Assembly: GCA_030603385.1 (NCBI GenBank)
Contig: JAUVXW010000001.1
Span: forward strand, 224,001 to 288,000
Length of the DNA: 64,000 bases
From: Promethearchaeota archaeon
GTDB taxonomy: Archaea > Asgardarchaeota > Lokiarchaeia > Sigyniarchaeales > SOKP01
Reading direction: 5' to 3'
The position numbers were made by a program, and so were the translations under genes. Position 1 is the first letter of the stretch, and each line of letters begins with the position of its first letter. Positions 50,269 through 61,111 of this stretch are shown here, in pieces. The notes beneath the pieces are model-generated. The model was not told the DNA's origin and ran no database searches. It was given only the letters and a program-made list of their open reading frames with translations.

Positions 50269-53139
50269 ATGCCTGATTATATCGTCATTAAGGGCGCTAG
50301 ACAGAATAACTTAAAGAATATTGATGTAAAAATTCCACGCAATAAGCTTGTAGTTGTAACTGGCATTAGTGGGAGCGGAAAAAGTTCCTTAGTTCTTAAT
50401 ACCCTGTACGCGGAGGGACAGCGCAGATTTCTGGAATCATTATCAAGTTATGCGAGACAATTCTTGGGTGAAATGGATAAGCCAGATGTAGATTCAATTG
50501 AAGGATTGTCGCCTGCAATTGCAATAGAACAAAAGCCTCTTTCTAAAAATCCAAGGAGTACGGTAGGAACTGTCACAGAAATCCACGATTATTATAGGCT
50601 ATTATTTGCTAACGTTGGTGTCCCACATTGCCCCAATTGTGGAAAAGAAATAAGACCTCAGACACCACAACAAATTATTCAAATACTTCTAAGTTCTATT
50701 AAAGAAAATCAGAAATTTATAATTAAAGCCCCAGTTATAAGGGATCGAAAGGGGGAATATAAAGATCTTCTACAAGATTTAAGAAAGCAGGGATATGTAA
50801 GAGTAGAAGTAGATGGGATTCAATACACTTTAGATGAAGAGATAGTGATGAATAAGAATGTGAAGCATAATATCAATGTAGTCCTTGACAGGCTAGTGAT
50901 GAGAAAAGATATAAAGACAAGATTAGCTGATTCGATTGAAAACGCCTTAGATCTAGCAGAAGGATTAGTTATTATTGAGGTTATTGACGAAGGAGAACAG
51001 ACATATTCAGAACATCTTGCATGTATTGATTGTGGAATCTCTTTTCCTCAATTAGACCATAAAATGTTTTCATTTAATATCCCCCATGGAAGTTGCAGAT
51101 ATTGCAGTGGTTTAGGTACAGTTATGGAATTCGATTATGGATTAGTATTAGGAAACGATTTAACTGTACCACTTAACGACACTCCAATCAGAGACATTCC
51201 AGGATTTGGTTCTTTAACTGGATACTCTTGGCAAACTATAATGCAGGTAGCGAGCCATTATGGATTTAATGCTAATAAGACTCCATTGCAGGAAATTGAG
51301 CCGGAGATGTTACACAAACTATTGTTTGGTTCTGAAAATGAATCAATAAAACTTCATTTTGAAAGTAATGGAAATGATTATAGGAACCAAAATGGTGAAT
51401 TTAAATCCTCATGGGATGTTGTCAGACCTTTTGAGGGTATAATTCCAATATTGCATAGAAGATATATGGAGACTCGATCGGAATGGGCTCGGGAGGTCTA
51501 TGAAAATTTTATGAACCGGATAGCGTGTCCTCAATGTAAGGGAAAAAAATTAAAACCAGAGAGCTTAGCAGTAACTATTAATGATCTGAACATAGCACAA
51601 TTATCAGATTTACCCGTAAAGAAATCAACTAAATTTTTCAAATCATTACAGTTAAGTGAAACTGATAAAACCATAGCAAAAGAAATATTAAAAGAAATTA
51701 TGGATAGATTGTCTTTTTTAGAAAATGTAGGTTTAGATTACATTTCATTAAGCCGTCGCTCAGACACTTTATCTGTTGGAGAAGCAGAAAGAATAAGATT
51801 AGCAACTCAATTAGGTTCTAGTTTAGTAGGTGTATTATATGTATTAGATGAACCAAGCGTTGGTTTACATCAACGAGATATAGGTCGTTTAATAAATATG
51901 TTGAAAAAGTTAAGGGATTTAGGTAATACTGTTATTGTAGTTGAACATGATGAGGCAATAATGCAAAATGCAGATCATATTATCGACTTAGGGCCCTTAG
52001 CTGGTGAAAAAGGGGGTGAAATTGTAGCAGAGGGGCCAATGGAAAAAATAATTAAAGCTAATACTTTAACTGGAAGATATCTGTCAGGAAAGGAAAAAAT
52101 TGAAATACCTCAGAATCGACGTAAATCGAATAATGAATTTCTTCAAGTTATAGGAGCAAGAGAAAATAATCTGAAGAATATTAATGTGAAAATACCCTTA
52201 GGGCTATTTACATGTGTAACAGGCGTTTCAGGTGCTGGTAAGACTAGTTTGATTATCGATTGTCTCTATAAAGGATTACACAATCTTATAAATACACGTA
52301 GTTCAAAAATCAGGGAAGGGGATTTTGATACTATAGAAGGTTATGAAAAAATAGATAAAATGATTAATATTGACCAATCTCCTATAGGAAGAACTCCAAG
52401 ATCAGTTCCCTCAACATATACAAAAGCTTTAGATTACATTAGAGATATTTTTGCCCAATTACCTGAATCAAAAGAAAGAGGATATAAAAAAGGTAGATTT
52501 AGTTTCAACACTAAAGCAGGTCATTGTAAAAAGTGTAAGGGTACTGGATATATCCTAAAAGAAATGTACTTCTTACCTGATGTTTATATTAAATGTGATT
52601 TATGTAACGGAAAAAGATATAATGCAGAAACATTAGAAATTAAATACAGAGAGAAAACGATTTCAAATGTTTTAGAAATGACATTCAATCAAGCTTTAGA
52701 ATTTTTTGACAGCTTTCCGAAGTTAAAGAGAACTTTACAAACAGTAGTAGATGTAGGTTTAGGTTATTTAGAATTAGGTCAATCATCAACTACTCTGAGT
52801 GGTGGAGAATCCCAAAGATTAAAAATCGCAAGGGAATTAAGAAAAACTAGTACAGGAAATACTCTTTATATCTTAGATGAACCTACAACTGGATTACACA
52901 TGTATGATATTAAATTCTTATTAGATGTACTTCAAAAATTGGTTGATAAAGGTAACACAGTAGTTATTATTGAACATAACATGGATATAATAAAATCTGT
53001 TGATTATATTATAGATCTTGGACCTGAGGGTGGAGAAAAGGGTGGAGATATTGTTGTAACAGGCACTCCCGAAGAGATTATTAAAATAAATCATTCTTTT
53101 ACTGCTCAGTTTTTAAATAAATATCTAAATAACAAATAA
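50269..53139 (+). CDS. uvrA: excinuclease ABC subunit A
   Basis: GARQNNLKNI, TGISGSGKSSL, Zn fingers, second ABC domain TGVSGAGKT, LSGGE and LDEPTTGLH. Confidence 0.97.
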   Translation: MPDYIVIKGARQNNLKNIDVKIPRNKLVVVTGISGSGKSSLVLNTLYAEGQRRFLESLSSYARQFLGEMDKPDVDSIEGLSPAIAIEQKPLSKNPRSTVGTVTEIHDYYRLLFANVGVPHCPNCGKEIRPQTPQQIIQILLSSIKENQKFIIKAPVIRDRKGEYKDLLQDLRKQGYVRVEVDGIQYTLDEEIVMNKNVKHNINVVLDRLVMRKDIKTRLADSIENALDLAEGLVIIEVIDEGEQTYSEHLACIDCGISFPQLDHKMFSFNIPHGSCRYCSGLGTVMEFDYGLVLGNDLTVPLNDTPIRDIPGFGSLTGYSWQTIMQVASHYGFNANKTPLQEIEPEMLHKLLFGSENESIKLHFESNGNDYRNQNGEFKSSWDVVRPFEGIIPILHRRYMETRSEWAREVYENFMNRIACPQCKGKKLKPESLAVTINDLNIAQLSDLPVKKSTKFFKSLQLSETDKTIAKEILKEIMDRLSFLENVGLDYISLSRRSDTLSVGEAERIRLATQLGSSLVGVLYVLDEPSVGLHQRDIGRLINMLKKLRDLGNTVIVVEHDEAIMQNADHIIDLGPLAGEKGGEIVAEGPMEKIIKANTLTGRYLSGKEKIEIPQNRRKSNNEFLQVIGARENNLKNINVKIPLGLFTCVTGVSGAGKTSLIIDCLYKGLHNLINTRSSKIREGDFDTIEGYEKIDKMINIDQSPIGRTPRSVPSTYTKALDYIRDIFAQLPESKERGYKKGRFSFNTKAGHCKKCKGTGYILKEMYFLPDVYIKCDLCNGKRYNAETLEIKYREKTISNVLEMTFNQALEFFDSFPKLKRTLQTVVDVGLGYLELGQSSTTLSGGESQRLKIARELRKTSTGNTLYILDEPTTGLHMYDIKFLLDVLQKLVDKGNTVVIIEHNMDIIKSVDYIIDLGPEGGEKGGDIVVTGTPEEIIKINHSFTAQFLNKYLNNK

Positions 53140-53228
53140 CTTTTAAAACTAAACTTAAACATAATTCAATATTCATGTAAGTATTCATTAAATAATTTTT
53201 AATAATTTATTGAGATTCGTGGTATTGC

Positions 53229-55034
53229 ATGGCAGAAGTTGAGAGCAAGATAATTAGGGCACCAATTGTATGCATTTTGGGTCATATAGATCATGGTAAA
53301 ACAACTATTCTTGATTATATTAGAGGAACAATAGTTCAACAAAGAGAAGCCGCAGGAATTACTCAACATATAGGTGCTTCTTATTTTCCCATAGAAGATA
53401 TTAAAGAATTTTTAAAGAAATCTAAACAAGAATTCGCAGAAAAAGAATTTAAACTTCCAGGTATATTAGTAATCGATACCCCAGGTCACGCAGCCTTTTT
53501 AAATTTACGACGTCGCGGTGGTGCGGTAGCAGACATAGCTATCTTAGTAATTGATGTGACTGCTGGTACTATGCCAATAACCTGGGAATCTGTGAGAATT
53601 TTAAGAGATAGAAAAACACCTTTTGTGATAGCAGCAAATAAAATTGATAGAATCTCTGGTTGGAAGTCTCAAAAAGATGCGGATTTTTTAGATTCATACA
53701 ACAGTCAAAAACCTCATGTAAAAGATTTCTTAGATGAGAAAATTCTGCAAATTATGGGAAATTTTTTGGAAGAGGGATTTAAGGGAATAGAGAGGTACGA
53801 CAAAATTAAGGATTTTACCAAGCAGGTGGCTATTGTGCCTACAAGTGGTAAAACTGGTGAGGGAATATCCACCTTATTGTTGGTATTAATGGGATTGGTT
53901 CAACAATATCTAACGAAAAATTTGAAATTTTCAGAAGGACCTGCTAAAGGTGTGGTTTTGGAAGTTAAAAAGGAGAAAGGACAGGGTAAAACCATGGACG
54001 TCTTAATCTATGATGGTGTTATTAATAAGGGAGATGAATTTATCGTTGGGGGTTTAGAAAAACCAATTAAATCAAAAGTAAGAGCGTTATTAATTCCAAA
54101 GCCATTAGATGAGATAAGAGATCCTAGACAAAAATTTGATTCAGTTGAGTTAGTAGCAGCAGCGGCAGGTATTAAAATACTTTCACCAAATATAGATGAT
54201 GTTGTAGCTGGATCCCCTTTTAGGGGAATCGGAGATCCTTCTGAAGAATCTAATATATACAAAGAAGTTGAATCTGAAGTAGAGAGCATTCGTATTAAAA
54301 CTGACAAAGCTGGTGTTGTCTTAAAAGCAGATACTTTAGGATCTCTTGAAGCTTTAGAAAATCATTTTACTAAGAATGGTGTGAAAATCAGCATTGCTGA
54401 TGTAGGACCAATAAAAAAAGAGGATATAATGAATGCTAATATTGTAAAGGAATTTGACCCTTACTCTGCGGCCGTGCTTGGATTTAATGTCCCAATACTT
54501 CCTGAAGCAAAAGAGCAAGCATTTATTGATAACATCCGGATTTTTACTAATAATGTAATATATCGATTATTAGAGGATTATATAGAATATGCTGAAATAC
54601 GAAAAGCCGAAGATACTGCTAAAGGGTTAAGTGAATTAATCTTACCTGCTAAATTAAAAATGTTTCCTGATTATATATTTAGGAATTCAGATCCCGCAGT
54701 ATTTGGTGTTAAAGTTGAAGCAGGTACCTTATATCCTAAAGTCCCTTTAATAACTGATGAGGGTAAGAAAGTAAGGAGAATTCATCAAATACAAGATAAA
54801 GGAGAAACATTAGAAAAGGCAGAAAAAGATACCGAGGTCGCAATTTCAATTCGGGGTATTGAAATAGGAAGAGAAATTGGAAAAGATGAAACCTTATTTG
54901 TGAATGTCCCTGAGTCCCACGTAAGACAATTAATGGGAAAATTTCTAGATGAATTAACTACAGATCAAAAACAAGTTCTAAGAGAATTCATCTCTTTAAT
55001 GCGTAAAACAATTAATCCTTGGTGGGGGATGTAA
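53229..55034 (+). CDS. infB: translation initiation factor aIF5B (IF-2)
   Basis: RAPIVCILGHIDHGKT, AGITQHIGA, IDTPGH, NKID and KADTLGSLEAL motifs. Confidence 0.97.
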   Translation: MAEVESKIIRAPIVCILGHIDHGKTTILDYIRGTIVQQREAAGITQHIGASYFPIEDIKEFLKKSKQEFAEKEFKLPGILVIDTPGHAAFLNLRRRGGAVADIAILVIDVTAGTMPITWESVRILRDRKTPFVIAANKIDRISGWKSQKDADFLDSYNSQKPHVKDFLDEKILQIMGNFLEEGFKGIERYDKIKDFTKQVAIVPTSGKTGEGISTLLLVLMGLVQQYLTKNLKFSEGPAKGVVLEVKKEKGQGKTMDVLIYDGVINKGDEFIVGGLEKPIKSKVRALLIPKPLDEIRDPRQKFDSVELVAAAAGIKILSPNIDDVVAGSPFRGIGDPSEESNIYKEVESEVESIRIKTDKAGVVLKADTLGSLEALENHFTKNGVKISIADVGPIKKEDIMNANIVKEFDPYSAAVLGFNVPILPEAKEQAFIDNIRIFTNNVIYRLLEDYIEYAEIRKAEDTAKGLSELILPAKLKMFPDYIFRNSDPAVFGVKVEAGTLYPKVPLITDEGKKVRRIHQIQDKGETLEKAEKDTEVAISIRGIEIGREIGKDETLFVNVPESHVRQLMGKFLDELTTDQKQVLREFISLMRKTINPWWGM

Positions 55035-55042
55035 TCCACTTA

Positions 55043-56500
55043 ATGACATTAAATGATGAACTTTTTGCAGAAATATTAAAGGAAATTACTCCAACTCAAA
55101 AAGAAATTGCTTTAATTAAAACTATTACTGAGAAATTAAAATTATTATTGAATGAAAAAGTAAAAGAATTAGATATTAATTATACAAAGATTGAACCTCA
55201 AGGCTCAACAGGAATCAAACAGACACAATTAAAAGATGATTTTGATATTGATCTCTTTATCGGATTAGATTATAAAGATTTTGAACCAAAATATAGGGGA
55301 TTAAGCAAGAATAAATTAAAAAAAGAGTCAAAAAAAGATTTTTTAGGCTTATGTAATAATTGGATAATCCCAAGTTTAACTTTGAAAGAATTTCACAATC
55401 CTCGGTTATTGTATGCAGAACACCCTTATGTAACAGTTGATTTTTATTTAAATGGTGTAGAAATAAAGATTGATATAGTCCTTTATTTTGATTTAGATGA
55501 AGAAAGAATTAAACAGGAAGGTCCTATAACTGCCGTTGATCGTTCTCCTTGGCATGGGCGTTTTGTAAGAGAGAATCTATCTAAAGATCAAAAAAATGAT
55601 GTTCGCCTTTTAAAACAATTTTTTAAATCAAATCATAGCTATGGGGATAAAAGCTCTGTAGGTAAGGTGGGTTTTATAGGGTATAGCTCAGAACTACTTA
55701 TTTATTATTTTGGCAATATAACTAATCTTTTTAAAAATTTTGATAATTTACCTTCGAATCCATTAGATTATTATAAGAGAAGTGTGAAAGATATACAAAA
55801 AATTTTACACTTTCAAAATGATTATTTAATTATCGTAGATCCTATTGATAAAAACAGAAATGTCGGATCAGCTATATCAGAAAAAGCATATAAATATTGT
55901 AATTATAGAATCAGTGAATTTTTAAAAAAACCGAATAAAGATTTTTTTAAGATAAATCCCATTGCAGAAGCAGATTTACAAGATTTAAACGATCCCATTC
56001 TCTCAAATACATATATCGTAGAGTTAAAAAATTGCGAAAAGGAAATACATTATACAATAAATAGAGATAAATTATATTCATTAGGGGAAAGCATTGTGGT
56101 TAATGGAGAAAAAGAGTTCACTCATGCAGAGAGATTTGGTAATATTATTTTTGAACTATATTTTGAAGATGAAATTGATGAATACAACATAGCAATTTAT
56201 TGCGAAAATCCAGACATTTCCCAAACTTATATTCGTAAAGGTCCTCCAATTAAAGAATCCTTTCATGCAGACAATTTCAAAAAAAAAAATCCAAAGCATT
56301 TTGAAAGAAATGGATATTTATGGGTAGAAACTCGTAGAGGATTTAATAATTTCCTTAAATTCCTAAAATATTTCATTAAAAGTAAAATCACAGATAACTT
56401 TGAAGTACTTAATATTTCTAAATCCTTCAATACAAAAACATCCTCAGGAAAAAAAACAATAACCATTCTTACCGAAATGGTTTTACCATTTTATATTTAA
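55043..56500 (+). CDS. cca: class I CCA-adding enzyme
   Basis: GS....T.L..D.DIDLF, YAEHPYV, TAVDRSPWH, VRLLKQF, GF.GY..ELL and IVDPID.NRNV motifs. Confidence 0.9.
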   Translation: MTLNDELFAEILKEITPTQKEIALIKTITEKLKLLLNEKVKELDINYTKIEPQGSTGIKQTQLKDDFDIDLFIGLDYKDFEPKYRGLSKNKLKKESKKDFLGLCNNWIIPSLTLKEFHNPRLLYAEHPYVTVDFYLNGVEIKIDIVLYFDLDEERIKQEGPITAVDRSPWHGRFVRENLSKDQKNDVRLLKQFFKSNHSYGDKSSVGKVGFIGYSSELLIYYFGNITNLFKNFDNLPSNPLDYYKRSVKDIQKILHFQNDYLIIVDPIDKNRNVGSAISEKAYKYCNYRISEFLKKPNKDFFKINPIAEADLQDLNDPILSNTYIVELKNCEKEIHYTINRDKLYSLGESIVVNGEKEFTHAERFGNIIFELYFEDEIDEYNIAIYCENPDISQTYIRKGPPIKESFHADNFKKKNPKHFERNGYLWVETRRGFNNFLKFLKYFIKSKITDNFEVLNISKSFNTKTSSGKKTITILTEMVLPFYI

Positions 56501-56503
56501 AGT

Positions 56504-57835
56504 TTAATGAGTTTCAGGGATTAATATAATAATATTAGTTCCTTTCTTATAATCTCCTTTAACTCTATCTTCAGCCCATACTTTGCCATTGAAACTTTGA
56601 ACTACTTCTCTTACAAGTAATAATCCCAACCCAATTCTCTTAAAACTTCTGGGTTTCTCATAAATGTTATAAAAAATATTTTCTTTCATTTTATCTGGCA
56701 TTCCAATGCCGTTATCCATTAAATCCATTCTTACATAATTAATTCCTTCTTTCTGTTCCAGATTAATTTTTACGATAACCTCTACTTCATGATTATCGTT
56801 ATAGCGAACTGAATTATTTAAAACTATTCGGAAAACATCAGATAAAATTTCACTCGCCTTTACTATATATGTTTCTTCCTTGGAATCGAAAGTAATATTA
56901 ATTTTCCTATCGGGAAATCTGGTTTTCACATATTCTATAGCATTTCCTAAGACTTCATTCAAGTGTATGGGGGTGTTTTTAATTTTCCCTATTTCTAGAT
57001 CTGAGAGTTTTCTTACATTAACTCCCAGTTCTGCGCCCCTGTTTACTTGAGTTTTTGCAAGGCTTAACAATTCTTTAATACTCTCTTCAATATTATGCTT
57101 AACACATTCCTGAGAAAGAATTTCTAAAGAGAATTCTAAATTTTGAAGTATGTTATTAATATCATGCACAAAGAGATCTTTATAGAATTCTGCTCTATTG
57201 TATGCTAACCTATATTTACTTTCAGATCTTACTATTCTGTCCTCAATAACAGCAACAACACCAGTAATAAGCATCACAGTAGCCATAACTACTCTAGAGA
57301 ATTCTAATAATTCATCTGCTCCGGGATACCCTTGATCTCTAAGTATGCTTGCGATTACTTGTAATAATCCAGTACTCAAAATGAAACACATAAATGCATG
57401 AGTTGGCGTTTTCTTTTTTAAATATATTCTAATACTCAAGAATATCGCAATAAGTAATAAAAATGCAATTGTTATTTGTAATCCTAGTAGAGTCATTTGT
57501 TGCTGAAAAAATAATAAAATCATTGGAGCTACTGCTTTCTGAGCGGTTTTTGAAAAGGTTCTATAATATTCATGAGACACGGCAATAATAAATAGTATGA
57601 CACTTAAAGCTGCAAAACTAATACGCATTACTTCAAAAGTATCATATTGTTCTTGAGAAAATAATCTAAAACCTTCAGATAATGTTGCTGAAATATATGC
57701 GAAAAGCCATGAAAATAAATCCCTCCTTTTAAGACATACCCATGCAAAAATTAATGTAGCTACGAATATGACAACAGTTGTCGATAAATTCATTACAAAA
57801 TATTCTTTCAACTCTAAAACCTTAACCCTTTTCAA
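56504..57835 (-). CDS. membrane sensor histidine kinase
   Basis: Multi-TM N-terminus; HDINNILQ H-box, NNSVRY N-box, DNGIG and GLGL motifs. Confidence 0.88.
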   Translation of the reverse strand: MKRVKVLELKEYFVMNLSTTVVIFVATLIFAWVCLKRRDLFSWLFAYISATLSEGFRLFSQEQYDTFEVMRISFAALSVILFIIAVSHEYYRTFSKTAQKAVAPMILLFFQQQMTLLGLQITIAFLLLIAIFLSIRIYLKKKTPTHAFMCFILSTGLLQVIASILRDQGYPGADELLEFSRVVMATVMLITGVVAVIEDRIVRSESKYRLAYNRAEFYKDLFVHDINNILQNLEFSLEILSQECVKHNIEESIKELLSLAKTQVNRGAELGVNVRKLSDLEIGKIKNTPIHLNEVLGNAIEYVKTRFPDRKINITFDSKEETYIVKASEILSDVFRIVLNNSVRYNDNHEVEVIVKINLEQKEGINYVRMDLMDNGIGMPDKMKENIFYNIYEKPRSFKRIGLGLLLVREVVQSFNGKVWAEDRVKGDYKKGTNIIILIPETH

Positions 57836-58008
57836 ATTTAATGATTAAAATATTAATAGAGTTGACTATTTTAAATCTACCCTTATGTTAAAATCGTGAG
57901 AAATCCTTAAAGATTAACAGTTTATAGCTTAAATTCATAAAATTTTTATGATTTCACGTATTCTATACTTCAATTATAACAACAAAATTTGAACAAAGTG
58001 AATTAATC

Positions 58009-60261
58009 ATGGTTAAAGTTAAAAATCCAGAGGAGATCGCTCAACTGGTGACTTCTGGCTCATATGAGAAGAAACGTATATTCTCGATTACGGCACACAT
58101 AGATCACGGAAAGACAACCGCTACAGATTACCTGTTAAGGCGTGCAGGACTTATGCGCCCTGAAGATGCTGGTCAACTTCAAATGACAGACTCAGATGAA
58201 GAAGAGCAAGAGAGAGGAATAACGATATTTACAAGTGTAGTTCTCCTTGCATTTAATGACACTAGGAAGCCAGATGACCCTGAACCCTATATCATCCAGT
58301 TAAATGATACTCCTGGTCATATTAGTTTTACCGGGGAGGTGTCACGGGCTCTCAGAGGTAGCGATGGTGCTATAATTTTAGTCGATGCTCTTGAGGGTGT
58401 AATGACTCAGACAGAAACCAATATTCGCTTATCTGTAGGTGAGGAATTTTGTAAACCTGTTTTATTTATTAACAAGGTTGACAGACTCATTAGTGAACTT
58501 AAATTAAGTCCTCAAGATACTTTTGCTAAAATAGATAAAATTACACGCGAAGTTAATGAGCTTATAAAAAAAGTGCGACCTGAAGGTTCGGGTTGGACAA
58601 TTGATTTTGCTAAAAATTCCGTTGCTGTAGGTTCAGCAAAACATGGCTGGGGTTTTACTTATGAAATTTTAATTGAAAAAGGTATGAAACCTCAAGATGT
58701 TTTCGCTAAATATAACGAAGGAGATATAGAATGGTTAAGAGATAATTTACCATTAGACGAGCCTATGTTGAGGATGATTGTTGATCATCTACCTGATCCT
58801 GTTAGTGCTGCTAAATACAGAATACCCCATATATGGGGAGGTGACTTAAATTCTGAAATTGGACAATCTCTTGTGAAGAGTGACCCAAATGGACCCCTTT
58901 ACGGGATGATTACAAAAATCTTTTTGGACCCTAAGAGGAATTATCAAGCAACACTTATTGGCCGTGTTTTTTCAGGAACATTTGACCAATCTGATTCAAT
59001 CTATTTGCTCAACAGTGATTCAAGCAATCGAGTGAAAAGACTCGGCGTTATGGAGATAACTGATCTTCTGGATATTCCTAGAATCCCTGCTGGAAACCTA
59101 TTTGCATTATTTGGTTTTGTATGCCCTGCTGGGGAAACATTTATGCTCACAAGCGAAGTTCCCAAAGATAAAGAAGAAAGGAAAAAGTTGCACCCCTTCG
59201 AAAAAATTCATTATGCATGTGAGGCTGTTGTGTCAAGAAGTCTCAAACCAAAGGATCCACACGAAATCGATAAATTAGATGAAGTAGTAGGAAAATGGCT
59301 TAAAGCGAATCCAGAAGCAGAATATCGAAGAGACGATGAATCTGGTGAATTTATACTAAGTGGTATTGATCCTCTCCAAATCGAAATCTTAACTAAAAGG
59401 ATTAATAAGCAAGTACCAATTTACATTGGAGAACCAATTATCATTTATAGAGAAAAAATTACAAAAAAGAGTCCTGACTATTATACAAAATCCGCAAATA
59501 CTCATAATCGTATTTTACTGCACATAGAACCATTGGACGAGACTACAGAAAGATTAATCGAAACTGGGAAAGTTAATGATTTACAAAATGATAAGGATAG
59601 AGCTCAGATTCTCAGAGAAGATGCGGGATGGGATGCAAAGGAAGCAAGACGTATAGTTGATGTTTATCATGGAAGCCTTCTTGTTAACGGTACTTCTGGA
59701 TTACAAAGATTTGATCGTGTCAAATCTTATTTGAGTGCTGCCTTTAGAGATTGGCTTGGTAATTGTATTATAGCAAAAGAGCCTGCTGCTGGCATGAAAG
59801 TAGTTTTTACAGATATGACTATCCATGAGGATCCTCGGCATACGCAGTATGGCCAGATTGCTGGAATGGAATTTTCTGCTCTATCTTTGGCTATGTTAGA
59901 TGCAGACCCTCATCTATATGAACCAGTTCAGAAAATAGATATAAAAACACCACAAGGAACTGAGGGAAGCGTCACCTCGATCATAAACAAGCGTCGTGGT
60001 CGAATAACAAACGTCATTCCTGAGGGTGAATACGTGAGAATTCAAGGTCAGATACCCGCAGCCGAGACAATTGGAATTGCTGATGATATTAGAGGCTCAA
60101 CCCAGGGAAGAGCATTTTTCGGTTATGAATTCAAGGGTTTCGAAAAGGTTCCTGCTTCTTTAGAAGAAGACCTCATTATGGAAATCAGAAAACGCAAAGG
60201 CATGCCATTGGAAATGCCAAGTCGAAGAAGCTGGGAACGCTTTATTTACAAACGTACCTAG
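58009..60261 (+). CDS. fusA: elongation factor 2 family GTPase (aEF-2 or its Asgard paralog)
   Basis: AHIDHGKTT, EQERGITI, DTPGH, NKVDRLI, HEDPRH and IRGSTQGRA motifs. Confidence 0.9.
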   Translation: MVKVKNPEEIAQLVTSGSYEKKRIFSITAHIDHGKTTATDYLLRRAGLMRPEDAGQLQMTDSDEEEQERGITIFTSVVLLAFNDTRKPDDPEPYIIQLNDTPGHISFTGEVSRALRGSDGAIILVDALEGVMTQTETNIRLSVGEEFCKPVLFINKVDRLISELKLSPQDTFAKIDKITREVNELIKKVRPEGSGWTIDFAKNSVAVGSAKHGWGFTYEILIEKGMKPQDVFAKYNEGDIEWLRDNLPLDEPMLRMIVDHLPDPVSAAKYRIPHIWGGDLNSEIGQSLVKSDPNGPLYGMITKIFLDPKRNYQATLIGRVFSGTFDQSDSIYLLNSDSSNRVKRLGVMEITDLLDIPRIPAGNLFALFGFVCPAGETFMLTSEVPKDKEERKKLHPFEKIHYACEAVVSRSLKPKDPHEIDKLDEVVGKWLKANPEAEYRRDDESGEFILSGIDPLQIEILTKRINKQVPIYIGEPIIIYREKITKKSPDYYTKSANTHNRILLHIEPLDETTERLIETGKVNDLQNDKDRAQILREDAGWDAKEARRIVDVYHGSLLVNGTSGLQRFDRVKSYLSAAFRDWLGNCIIAKEPAAGMKVVFTDMTIHEDPRHTQYGQIAGMEFSALSLAMLDADPHLYEPVQKIDIKTPQGTEGSVTSIINKRRGRITNVIPEGEYVRIQGQIPAAETIGIADDIRGSTQGRAFFGYEFKGFEKVPASLEEDLIMEIRKRKGMPLEMPSRRSWERFIYKRT

Positions 60262-60270
60262 TATTTTATA

Positions 60271-60280
60271 TTTTTTTTTT
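60271..60280 (+). terminator. poly-U terminator after EF-2
   Basis: T10 run about 10 nt after the stop. Confidence 0.55.
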
Positions 60281-60363
60281 TAAAATTAATATTTTAGGCT
60301 TTAATTTAGATTTAATTGGATAGATTCAATATCTCCAAATGTTCAAAACAAAATATATTAAAT

Positions 60364-60942
60364 TTATGAAAAACTCGAGATTTTGGCAATCATATATAAT
60401 TTTCTGACAAGAGCCTTAAAAGCGTCAGTTACACCCTGACCTGTTAGAGCACTTGTTTTATAATAACCAATAAATCTATTATCTTTAGCAAATTGCTCTA
60501 CATTACTATCTGATGCTGGAATATTTGGATTTGAAGCTAGTTCACCATTATCGATTAAATCAACTTTATTTCCAAACAAAACGATTGGTATGTTTCCACA
60601 GTGTTTCTTAAAATCATCAAGCCATTTACTGACATGATTATAACTTTCCGTTTGTTCAGAAGCATGAGAAAATACAATGATTGCTCCACTACTACCAGTG
60701 TAAAACCTTTGACGGAGTGCTTGAAAACTATCTTGGCCAGCAATGTCCCATAGATACAATTCAACTTTATCTCCATCAATAACTTCTTCATATTTAGAAA
60801 ACTGGGTTCCCAAGGTTGAAATATATTCTTTCTGAAAAGAGCCTTGCGTATATTTTTTAATTAATGAAGTTTTACCAACAGCACCATCTCCGATTACAGT
60901 TATTTTAAACCCATACCCTTTTTCAGCATTCAGTTTTTTCAA
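60364..60942 (-). CDS. Rab-like small GTPase
   Basis: GDGAVGKT, YISTLG, WDIAGQ, GNKVD and TSAL motifs. Confidence 0.92.
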   Translation of the reverse strand: MKKLNAEKGYGFKITVIGDGAVGKTSLIKKYTQGSFQKEYISTLGTQFSKYEEVIDGDKVELYLWDIAGQDSFQALRQRFYTGSSGAIIVFSHASEQTESYNHVSKWLDDFKKHCGNIPIVLFGNKVDLIDNGELASNPNIPASDSNVEQFAKDNRFIGYYKTSALTGQGVTDAFKALVRKLYMIAKISSFS

Positions 60943-61111
60943 TCACCATTTTGTAGTTTCTCTTTCTTAATTAGTAAAAGTAAGATGTTTTAAATTTTTA
61001 CAAAAGAATATCCTATTAAAATTTGATATAATAAATCGAATAACCAATATTAAAAGATTATATTATCAATATATGTTAGAAAAACTGCTAAAGCTGAATA
61101 TAGAAAGAAAT

